This document shows, one piece after another, positions 15,597-23,254 of a stretch of 32,385 nucleotides of DNA (its first letter is position 1; every line of letters starts with the position of its first letter). Source of the stretch: Crocinitomicaceae bacterium (GTDB lineage Bacteria > Bacteroidota > Bacteroidia > Flavobacteriales_D > Crocinitomicaceae). The stretch spans positions 1 through 32,385 of the forward strand of contig JBMLTP010000288.1 of assembly GCA_049239885.1 (NCBI GenBank). The letters are read 5' to 3'. Under the pieces are notes generated by a model. That model made no database searches. It saw nothing but the letters and a program-made list of their open reading frames with translations, and was not told the origin of the DNA. A program made the translations under genes and the position numbers.

Positions 15597-18395
15597 ATGA
15601 AATTTCTAAAACAACTTGCCGCACATATCAAAGACAAAAACTTTGATTTACGATCGTTGACAATCATATTGCCATCCGAACGGGCTACCAAATATTTAGC
15701 TGAGGCACTTTTAGAGGAATATGGAAAACCCATTTTTTCTCCAGAAATAACAACCATTGACCGTTGGGTGAAAAAACACTCCAAACCAATTATTGACAAC
15801 ACGCGGCTTTTGATTCGACTTTTTGAAATGTATCGGGAAACGGATGAAGGTCGTTTTGAAACATTTGAAGAGTTCACAACTTGGGGTTCGATGTTGCTTA
15901 GCGATTTCGATGATATTGATCGATACATGCTTGATTACGCGCAAGTATTTAAAAACCTAAAAGCAATCAAGGAATTGGAAAGTTGGAAAATCGACGAAGA
16001 AAAGTTTTCCGCCTCCCAAAAGAAGTTTATGGAATTTTGGGAACGAATTCCAACCTACTACGACAATCTGCACCAAAAAATAGCTGAAAAAGGATTCGTA
16101 ACCGCGGGTCTCGCCTATCGTCAACTTGCAGAAAATCCAGAACCACTTTTCGAAAAGAACAAAAATCAATTCTTCATATTCGCTGGATTCAACGCGCTAT
16201 CGTTGGCGGAATTAACCATAATTAAAAAACTGATTCGTAGAAATAGAGCTGAATACATAATCAACGCTGACAAATACTATTTGGAAAATCCAATTCACGA
16301 AGCTGGTGCGTTTCTCAGAAAAAACGTGGACTTTCTTGAAATCAAAGACCCGCTTTTCATTTCAGATGAATTAAATCACAAAGGATTAGATATTCAAGTA
16401 GTTGAATGTGCCCAACATACTGGGCAAGTAAAAGTTGCCGCCACAGAATTAGAGAAATTGTCACAAGATGAAGTCAATGAAACGTTGGTTCTTTTGAGCG
16501 ATGAATCATTAATTGGTGCCATGGTTAAAAACATTCCTGCAAGTGTTGGGAAGGCTAACGTTACCCTTGGATTGCCTTTAAGTCAAACACCGATTAAATC
16601 TTGGGTAGAATTGATTTTTGACATTCAAGAAAACAAAATTAGGTTTAAAACAGAGGCTTTCTATTTCAAAGATTTGCAACGATCCATCAACAACGTCTTA
16701 ATCCTTTCTGCGTTGGATGAAAGAGAAAAAAATCAGTTGGTGAAACTCGAGCAAGAAACCATTCGCAAAAACAAAATATTTCAACGCGTCGATTCATTGC
16801 AAATTGGTCCAAGGGCGGATATTCTTATGCAAGCGCTTTCAACTAATTGGAAAAACGATTGGAAATTGGCCATGACCCAAATTCGAAAATTAAATTCGCT
16901 TTTACTGGAATCATTAAATCAAAATGCTGAATTTGAGCGAAATATTGTCTTGATTTTTGATGACGCCCTGCTTGAATTTCAACGAATAATCGAAGAAGGA
17001 ATTCCAGAAATGAACTTGCGAAGTTTCAAATCTTTGTTCTACCAACATTGGAATAGAAAAAATATGGCTTTCCATGGAAATCCAACGAATGGACTGCAAA
17101 TCATGGGGTTATTGGAAACACGCTTGATGGATTTCGAACGAGTTTTTATTCTTGGTTTCAACGAAGGGAAATTACCCGGAACAAATCCTGTTAGAACCAT
17201 CATTCCGATGGATTTACGTTATGGCTTGGGATTGCCGTCAACTCGAGACAAACAAGGGATTTTTGCGCATCACTTCTATCGCTTGTTACATCATTGTAAA
17301 AATTTATGGATTACCTACACAACAGCAGCCGAACAAATCGGAAGTAATGAGGCTAGTCGCTATTTGCTTCAACTGAAACTAGAATTGGCAAAAATTAATA
17401 AAACCGTAAAAATTTCAAATCAATTCTACACCGTCCCTTTTCCAGAGCTCACGGAATTACCATCCAACGTCGTAGACAAAAAACCTGAGATAATCGAACG
17501 ATTGGATTCATTTTTTGAACGATCAATTTCAGCTTCAGCACTGAACAAATACTTGACTTGTCCTTTGGATTTCTATTACCGTTATTTAGTTGAATTTGGC
17601 GAAGAAAAATCCGTGGAGGAAGGGGTTGAATCCAATACATTCGGTTCATTTATCCACAAAACACTCGAATTATTATTCAAACCGTTTGCCCAACGTGATG
17701 AAGATGGAAATTATGTAACGCCCCCGCCACCTGCGATTTCAACTTCCCATATAGATGAAATGCTAATTGATTATAAAAACATATTACATAATCAATTTTT
17801 GGAATTTTTTGGAGGCGATGAATCCTTGTTTAAGAATGGTAAGAACTTGCTGAGCTATGAAATGGCAATGGAGATCACAAAAAATGTCTTGATAAAGGAA
17901 AAGGATTTTCTATCAACGACCACTGAACTAGTTTACATAGAACAAGTGGAGGCAGCTATGAATACAGAACTGGAAGTAAATGTAAATGGTGAAGTGAAGC
18001 GATTAAAATTCAAAGGGTACATTGATCGAATTGATCGAATTGGAGATAAATACAGGGTCATTGATTACAAGTCTGGCAAAGTGAAGGACGATGATGTAAA
18101 ATTCAACTTACTTGAAGATGGCTTGAAACAATCGTTTAAGAAAACGAAACATGCACTTCAGCTAACCTTGTATTGTTTATTTTTTAAAGAAAAATACAAT
18201 TGTTTTCCAGATCAAGCGATTATCATGTCGTTGGTGAAAAGCGATAAATTGTTTGTTTTGAATTACGATAAGGATATCGAAGGTATGACTCTAGTATTCA
18301 AAGATTTAGTTGAAGAATTACTCAATGAAATATACAATTTGGACATTCATTTCGAACATGATTCGGACGCAAAATATTGCGGTTATTGCGCATAA
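15597..18395 (+). CDS. AddB/RexB-like PD-(D/E)XK nuclease family protein
   Basis: The C-terminal RecB-type nuclease motifs are present: LTCPLDFYYRYL, GYIDRIDRIGDKYRVIDYKSGK, QLTLYC and a terminal CGYCA. The long N-terminal region has no Walker A. The ATG directly abuts the upstream stop (TAAATG). Confidence 0.8.
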   Translation: MKFLKQLAAHIKDKNFDLRSLTIILPSERATKYLAEALLEEYGKPIFSPEITTIDRWVKKHSKPIIDNTRLLIRLFEMYRETDEGRFETFEEFTTWGSMLLSDFDDIDRYMLDYAQVFKNLKAIKELESWKIDEEKFSASQKKFMEFWERIPTYYDNLHQKIAEKGFVTAGLAYRQLAENPEPLFEKNKNQFFIFAGFNALSLAELTIIKKLIRRNRAEYIINADKYYLENPIHEAGAFLRKNVDFLEIKDPLFISDELNHKGLDIQVVECAQHTGQVKVAATELEKLSQDEVNETLVLLSDESLIGAMVKNIPASVGKANVTLGLPLSQTPIKSWVELIFDIQENKIRFKTEAFYFKDLQRSINNVLILSALDEREKNQLVKLEQETIRKNKIFQRVDSLQIGPRADILMQALSTNWKNDWKLAMTQIRKLNSLLLESLNQNAEFERNIVLIFDDALLEFQRIIEEGIPEMNLRSFKSLFYQHWNRKNMAFHGNPTNGLQIMGLLETRLMDFERVFILGFNEGKLPGTNPVRTIIPMDLRYGLGLPSTRDKQGIFAHHFYRLLHHCKNLWITYTTAAEQIGSNEASRYLLQLKLELAKINKTVKISNQFYTVPFPELTELPSNVVDKKPEIIERLDSFFERSISASALNKYLTCPLDFYYRYLVEFGEEKSVEEGVESNTFGSFIHKTLELLFKPFAQRDEDGNYVTPPPPAISTSHIDEMLIDYKNILHNQFLEFFGGDESLFKNGKNLLSYEMAMEITKNVLIKEKDFLSTTTELVYIEQVEAAMNTELEVNVNGEVKRLKFKGYIDRIDRIGDKYRVIDYKSGKVKDDDVKFNLLEDGLKQSFKKTKHALQLTLYCLFFKEKYNCFPDQAIIMSLVKSDKLFVLNYDKDIEGMTLVFKDLVEELLNEIYNLDIHFEHDSDAKYCGYCA

Positions 18396-18398
18396 AAA

Positions 18399-18452
18399 AA
18401 CCTGAAAAGAAAACTAGAAACAAAATTTTGCTGCTAAAAATCTTTTCAGGTT
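18399..18452. terminator. Perfect 12-bp inverted repeat between convergent genes, possibly a bidirectional terminator
   Basis: AACCTGAAAAGA (18399-18410) pairs with TCTTTTCAGGTT (18441-18452), with a 30-nt loop. An A-run on the + side gives a U-run for the minus-strand transcript. Confidence 0.5.
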
Positions 18453-18547
18453 ACTGCAAGTTAATATAAAACCAAATTGAACAAACGTTTTTATTCTAAT
18501 TAATGACGAACACGTTTTTCAAAAAGTTGCCTCGAAATAAAAATAAT

Positions 18548-18907
18548 TTAATAAAGTTCCATTTTCAAGGAGCTACGATAGTCCTTGATCTCCTCGCGAT
18601 TGATCTTATGTTCAGCATTTTTAAGAAGATTCAAGAGATAAAGAAGATTTTCCTTGTCATCAATTTCGATTGGATATTCATTTCCTTCCTCATCCTCTTC
18701 ATACTGAGCTTCTACATCAAAACATTCGTTTTCCGAAATGAACTCATACGTCAATCTTAGAACTTTCACAACCAAAGGGTCTTGTTCCTTGATAGCTAAC
18801 TCACGCAAAGCCTTTAAATCCTCAATTATATTAGGCGCTTCAACACCGCTCTTCTCTACTTTTTTAATAATTGCGTCAAGTTGTTCGTTAGCAATGGCTG
18901 TTTTCAT
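18548..18907 (-). CDS. Small acidic hypothetical protein (119 aa)
   Basis: An ATG at 18907 lies 19 nt downstream of a -7 box, while the track start at 18928 is a TTG overlapping that box. There is a highly acidic centre (EAQYEEDEEGNEYPIEIDD). I recognise no family. Confidence 0.6.
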   Translation of the reverse strand: MKTAIANEQLDAIIKKVEKSGVEAPNIIEDLKALRELAIKEQDPLVVKVLRLTYEFISENECFDVEAQYEEDEEGNEYPIEIDDKENLLYLLNLLKNAEHKINREEIKDYRSSLKMELY

Positions 18908-18925
18908 AAGATATAATTTTCCGTG

Positions 18926-18933
18926 CAAAGGTA
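18926..18933 (-). promoter_or_regulatory. -7 box (TACCTTTG on the minus strand) for the acidic-protein gene
   Basis: The plus strand reads CAAAGGTA. The spacing to the ATG at 18907 is the same as at the 6895 box. Confidence 0.5.
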
Positions 18934-19010
18934 ATTAGTTTGTGTGAATTATGAACAATCAGATATAGACAATATCATGATTTCAATAGAAATTCTTACT
19001 TGGTAATGGC

Positions 19011-19018
19011 TAAATTTG
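19011..19018 (+). promoter_or_regulatory. -7 box TAAATTTG for the LysE gene
   Basis: Exact TAnnTTTG match, but it ends only 4 nt before the ATG at 19023. This is much closer than at the other boxes and implies a near-leaderless transcript. Confidence 0.4.
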
Positions 19019-19022
19019 TACT

Positions 19023-19685
19023 ATGCAGTTCTTCATTCAAGCATTCAGCATCGGATTTCTATTGAGTATACTCGTAGGACCAGTATTTTTTATCTTGCTT
19101 GAAACGAGCATTACAAGAGGATTTCGGGCAGCAATTTCGTTTGACTTAGGCGTATTTTTGAGTGATTTGTTGTACGTCTTGATCGCCGTGATGTTCATGG
19201 AGCAAATTAAGGGATTAGATACCGCTTCTAATAAAATGCTTTTTGGATTTATTGGAGGAACCATCTTTATCATTTATGGATTGTTTACATTTTTTAAAAA
19301 ACCAGCGCTTGTCGAAAATAGTGTTATTGACACCGATGAGGTTGTGAGTATGCCTGTATCCCAAACAAAAGACTATATCATGCTTGGAGTAAAGGGATTT
19401 CTATTAAATTTCGCTAATCCGTTGGTCATATTTTATTGGCTTAGCGTGGCTTCTTTCGCGAATCAATTCGCTCCTGACAAATCAGGAATTGGGTGGGTAT
19501 TTCTATTCATTTCCATTGTTCTGATTACATTCTTTGGCGTTGATGTCCTTAAGATTTTAGCAGCAAAAAAACTGAGGCCTTTGGTGAATCAAAAACTACT
19601 CATTGCCTTGAATCGCGTAATCGGAATTGTTTTTTGCCTGTTTGGTATTTTTCTAATTTTACAAAATCTGATTCAAAAAACGTAA
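19023..19685 (+). CDS. LysE/RhtB-family amino-acid exporter
   Basis: About six hydrophobic segments. The N-terminal FSIGFLLSILVGPVFFILLETSITRGFRAA is typical of the LysE family. Confidence 0.8.
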   Translation: MQFFIQAFSIGFLLSILVGPVFFILLETSITRGFRAAISFDLGVFLSDLLYVLIAVMFMEQIKGLDTASNKMLFGFIGGTIFIIYGLFTFFKKPALVENSVIDTDEVVSMPVSQTKDYIMLGVKGFLLNFANPLVIFYWLSVASFANQFAPDKSGIGWVFLFISIVLITFFGVDVLKILAAKKLRPLVNQKLLIALNRVIGIVFCLFGIFLILQNLIQKT

Positions 19686-19714
19686 CGTATCGAAATATCC
19701 AACATTTTTATAGA

Positions 19715-21415
19715 ATGAGAATCCTTTTCTACTTTTTATTTCTTCCTTTTTTATACAATAGTCAAAAAGTCCTTAGCGAAAACTTATCGCCAAAAGTTAA
19801 ATTATTTTGGGATGCTGAAAATAAAAAAATTCAGGCGAGCGGATCCTATTTTACCAGTGATATTGTTCCCAATACTACTGAAAAGCACGGTAAGTGGCTT
19901 TTTTATTCTTACAAGGGAATATTAGAGGAAGAATCGAATTTTTATAGAAATCGATTACATGGAAAACAAACACTTTATTTTCCCGATAAAAAGATAAAAA
20001 GTACAACCTTCTTCGTTTTTAACGTTCCCGATAGTACATATAAAGAGTGGAATAAAGACGGTAAATTGATCATTTCTGGAAACTACTTTATGGGAAGTCC
20101 TGAAGGGAAATGGGAATATTTTTATGATGATGGAAGAAAGAAAAAGGTAGAAAAAGTAGTAAATGACACCATCTATTTAATGCAATATTGGGAGAGCGAT
20201 TCGGCTCAGACACAAACCATCATCGATGGAAACGGGACCATTCAAACATTTTACATTAATGGAAATCCGAAAGAATACTACACCTTTGAAAAAGGTTTAA
20301 AAACAGGGCCTTTCTCAGAATATACAGCAGGAAGAATGCTTTCGGTCGGAGGAGAATTCCTTGAAGGCAAAAAGCATGGAACTTGGGTGTTTTATTCTTC
20401 TAATGGAATTTTGGAAAAAAAGATTAACTACCAAAAAGACTCCTTGGATGGCGAATACCTTGAACTTTTCGAAAATGGTGACACCCTGACATGTGGTTCA
20501 TACAAAAATGGGCTAAAAAGTGGAAAGTGGATTTGGAAAAGTAAAGAAGGGACCTTGGATATGGAAGGAAGTTTTGAGAACGGCTTGCAAAACGGATCTT
20601 GGAACTATTATTTTTCTTCTGGAGAACTTTCGTATAAGGCCAATTTCCTCAAAGGCAAGAAACACGGTGAATGGCGCTATTTTTATAAAAATGGCACAGA
20701 TTACCGCGCGGGATCATACAAAAATGACTTGCGCGAAGGACTTTGGCAAACATGGTATGAAGACGGGACTTTATTGATGGAAGGTGATTACCTCAACGGT
20801 AAAGAAGAAGGAGAATGGAGAAATTACTGGGATAATGGTGTCCTAAAAAACAAATCAACTTTCAAAAAAGGAAAACTCCATGGAAATTGGTTTTCATACA
20901 CACCTCAAAAAATCTTGATATTAGATGGGAAATACAAAGATGATCTCAAGACTGGAGAATGGCGGGATTACTACAACAACGGTGCTCTCAAGGAAATCAA
21001 CACGTTTAAAGTCGTTAAGGCGAAAAATAGGCAAAATGACATCCTCATTCTTGGAATGAAAAAAATGGTTAGTGTTCCCCACGGCAAGTACGAAGCTTAC
21101 TCAAAAGTTGACTACCAAATAAAGGCAAAAGGACAATACAAAAATGGACTGAAAAACGGTACCTGGTATGACTATTACCCGGGAGGCGTAATTCCTACAT
21201 ATATCACTCAATACAAAAAAGGAAAACTACACGGTGTTATGAAAGAGTTTGGCCGAAGAGGTGAGCTACACAGTGAAATTCATTACAAGGATGGCCTTAA
21301 AGATGGTTGGTTTGTGATCTTAAACCAAAATGGGAAAGTCGCCGTTCAGAAAATGTTTAGTAAGGGTGTGGAAGTTGGTCGAAAGGGTGAATCAGATCCA
21401 TTTTCACCGAATTAA
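19715..21415 (+). CDS. MORN-variant / YwqK-like repeat protein with an N-terminal signal-like sequence
   Basis: Start moved to the ATG at 19715 (MRILFYFLFLPFLYNSQ); the track start at 19634 lies inside the LysE gene. There are more than 15 repeats of the G.W..YY.NG.L...G.Y.NGKK.G.W type. Confidence 0.8.
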   Translation: MRILFYFLFLPFLYNSQKVLSENLSPKVKLFWDAENKKIQASGSYFTSDIVPNTTEKHGKWLFYSYKGILEEESNFYRNRLHGKQTLYFPDKKIKSTTFFVFNVPDSTYKEWNKDGKLIISGNYFMGSPEGKWEYFYDDGRKKKVEKVVNDTIYLMQYWESDSAQTQTIIDGNGTIQTFYINGNPKEYYTFEKGLKTGPFSEYTAGRMLSVGGEFLEGKKHGTWVFYSSNGILEKKINYQKDSLDGEYLELFENGDTLTCGSYKNGLKSGKWIWKSKEGTLDMEGSFENGLQNGSWNYYFSSGELSYKANFLKGKKHGEWRYFYKNGTDYRAGSYKNDLREGLWQTWYEDGTLLMEGDYLNGKEEGEWRNYWDNGVLKNKSTFKKGKLHGNWFSYTPQKILILDGKYKDDLKTGEWRDYYNNGALKEINTFKVVKAKNRQNDILILGMKKMVSVPHGKYEAYSKVDYQIKAKGQYKNGLKNGTWYDYYPGGVIPTYITQYKKGKLHGVMKEFGRRGELHSEIHYKDGLKDGWFVILNQNGKVAVQKMFSKGVEVGRKGESDPFSPN

Positions 21416-21469
21416 TAGGGAATTTCCATAATTAAAAAAATAGATTAAACTTTTTTATATTTTAACTTT

Positions 21470-21485
21470 CCCTCCTCAAGGAGGG
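21470..21485 (+). terminator. GC-rich hairpin between convergent genes
   Basis: CCCTCC-TCAA-GGAGGG, 55 nt after the stop at 21415. It is preceded by T-rich sequence, so its orientation and strength as a terminator are uncertain. Confidence 0.4.
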
Positions 21486-21515
21486 ATAATGGGAGGTAAC
21501 TTAATAATTATTAGT

Positions 21516-22289
21516 TTATCCCTCCGCAATAAACTTGGTTAACTCAATAAATAAATCTACTGATAATTTTTCAGGGCGTTCATTCGTGAAAACGGCTGGA
21601 AGTTCCCGTCCTCTCAACAACTGTTTTAACGAATTCCGAAGGGTTTTTCGACGTTGGTTAAATGCCATTTTAACAACTTGGAAGAATAACTTTTCATCAC
21701 AACCCAAATTTTCGCGACTATTTCGAGTGCAACGAATTACGCCCGATTTAACCTTTGGCGGGGGAATAAAAACATGTTCATCAACGGTAAAACAATAGTG
21801 AATGTCATAAAACGCTTGTAATAGAACGCTTGTAATTCCATATTCCTTAGAGCCAGGTTTTTCTGCAACACGCACTGCAACTTCTTTCTGGAACATTCCC
21901 ATTATCTCCGGAATCTGATTTCGGTGCTCCAAGCATTTAAAAAGAATTTGAGTTGAAATATTATATGGGAAATTACCAACAACGCAAAACTTCTCCTCCC
22001 CCATCAATTGTTTCAAATCCATTCTTAGAAAATCTCCTAAAACAATTCGATCCGAAAGTTCTGGATAACGATTTTTCAAATAGTCTATTGATTCAGTGTC
22101 GACCTCCAAGAGCCAAAGATTCAAATCACCCCGAGCAATTAAAAAGTCAGAAAGCGCACCCATTCCTGGACCAATCTCAATGACATTTTTGCAATTATCA
22201 TAATTGGTCAACTGGTTTGCGATTTTTTCACAAATCCCTTTATCCTTTAGGAAATGTTGTCCAAGATGTTTCTTCGCGCGAACCGTCAT
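21516..22289 (-). CDS. rsmA: 16S rRNA (adenine1518/1519-N6)-dimethyltransferase
   Basis: [11 protein letters not shown], the SAM-binding [12 protein letters not shown], and [13 protein letters not shown] together form a classic KsgA/RsmA signature. Confidence 0.95.
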   Translation of the reverse strand: MTVRAKKHLGQHFLKDKGICEKIANQLTNYDNCKNVIEIGPGMGALSDFLIARGDLNLWLLEVDTESIDYLKNRYPELSDRIVLGDFLRMDLKQLMGEEKFCVVGNFPYNISTQILFKCLEHRNQIPEIMGMFQKEVAVRVAEKPGSKEYGITSVLLQAFYDIHYCFTVDEHVFIPPPKVKSGVIRCTRNSRENLGCDEKLFFQVVKMAFNQRRKTLRNSLKQLLRGRELPAVFTNERPEKLSVDLFIELTKFIAEG

Positions 22290-22600
22290 GGCTTAAATTC
22301 CTCGATTACCGACAAAAACGTTCGAAAAGCAGCGAAACGACCTGCATATCGTTCGGAATGATCTTTTTGCAGCTCCGGAGCATGATTTACTTGATACAAA
22401 TCCATCGTCTCCTGATTCGGGCATAAATACATAATGGAATAAGTAATCCCTCCCTCTTCTTCACCATGAATTCGCGAAATTCGGGATTCCAAAAAACAGC
22501 TTGTAGCCATTACATCAGGAATGTGCTTAGTTCGCATCCAATTCAACCAATCCTCGGAAATTTCAGGATCAATACTCACTGTAACGTTGTACAAAATCAT
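22286..22600 (-). CDS. DUF4286-family protein
   Basis: [33 protein letters not shown]... matches my memory of DUF4286. Its TGA overlaps the rsmA ATG (ATGA). Confidence 0.7.
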   Translation of the reverse strand: MILYNVTVSIDPEISEDWLNWMRTKHIPDVMATSCFLESRISRIHGEEEGGITYSIMYLCPNQETMDLYQVNHAPELQKDHSERYAGRFAAFRTFLSVIEEFKP

Positions 22601-22636
22601 AAAACAAAACTAAGAAAAAGAATGGAGTTGCAAATT

Positions 22637-22933
22637 TTACTGACCTTTCTGCTCGCGAAGCAGCGTAGTATAATCTTTCAATAGTAGATTTTCTTCTCGC
22701 AATTTTTGAACCTCTTCTTGCAAAACATAGTTGCTTTTGCTGTAAAGTCGGAAAAAATCGAATTCCAATACTCGCGAAATGGCGAGTAACAAACCAGTAT
22801 CAATGGTCTTTCTGGAGAAAATGGAATACATGTTTTCACGAGACTTATTAATGCGTCTAGCAAACTCCGTAACGGAAATTCCTTTGGTGTCGAATACCTC
22901 CTTGATTTTCTGTCCGATGTGGATTTCTTCCAT
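22637..22933 (-). CDS. Small helix-turn-helix DNA-binding protein with a C-terminal coiled coil
   Basis: IGQKIKEVFDTKGISVTEFARRINKSRENMYSIFSRKTIDTGLLLAISRVLEFDFF is an XRE-like HTH block common in Bacteroidota. The C-terminal part, VLQEEVQKLREENLLLKDYTTLLREQ, is heptad-like. Confidence 0.75.
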   Translation of the reverse strand: MEEIHIGQKIKEVFDTKGISVTEFARRINKSRENMYSIFSRKTIDTGLLLAISRVLEFDFFRLYSKSNYVLQEEVQKLREENLLLKDYTTLLREQKGQ

Positions 22934-23254
22934 TCCACGAAATTCCAGAATAATGAGGAAAGATGTGAATCATTTTAGTTCGTTTATTTGCATATTATCG
23001 TTTGTTTTATTTTACATAACGCTAAAAATAATAATACTGTATCAACAAACACCTTCTCATTTGTGTTTTCACAGTCACTTCTCAAATAAATACAACTATT
23101 TTCTAAAAATGTGCTTTGAATTTCAAAAATATATAATTAATTTCGCGAACAATTTCGTGGGGATTACATTCTGATTTTGTCGATTGCTTTAATCCAGCGA
23201 CAAACTCATAGTCTCATCTTCACGAACAGTATTAATTCACTGTTTATATTGACT

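Noticed and set aside
15569-15928. 119-aa minus-strand ORF spanning the ATPase/nuclease junction, plus similar antisense ORFs at 15711-15944 and 15957-16169
   Set aside because: All are antisense to well-supported forward genes, with no start context and no recognisable motifs.
19715-21415. MORN/YwqK protein as part of a toxin-antitoxin or polymorphic-toxin immunity pair
   Set aside because: No toxin-like gene is adjacent. The protein is far larger than typical immunity proteins and has a signal-like N-terminus.
22678-23174. Alternative-frame ORFs 22678-22938 (-) and 22779-23174 (+) around the HTH gene
   Set aside because: The 22637-22933 frame gives a clean HTH motif. The others overlap it in another frame or antisense and extend into AT-rich intergenic DNA, where long ORFs can arise by chance.
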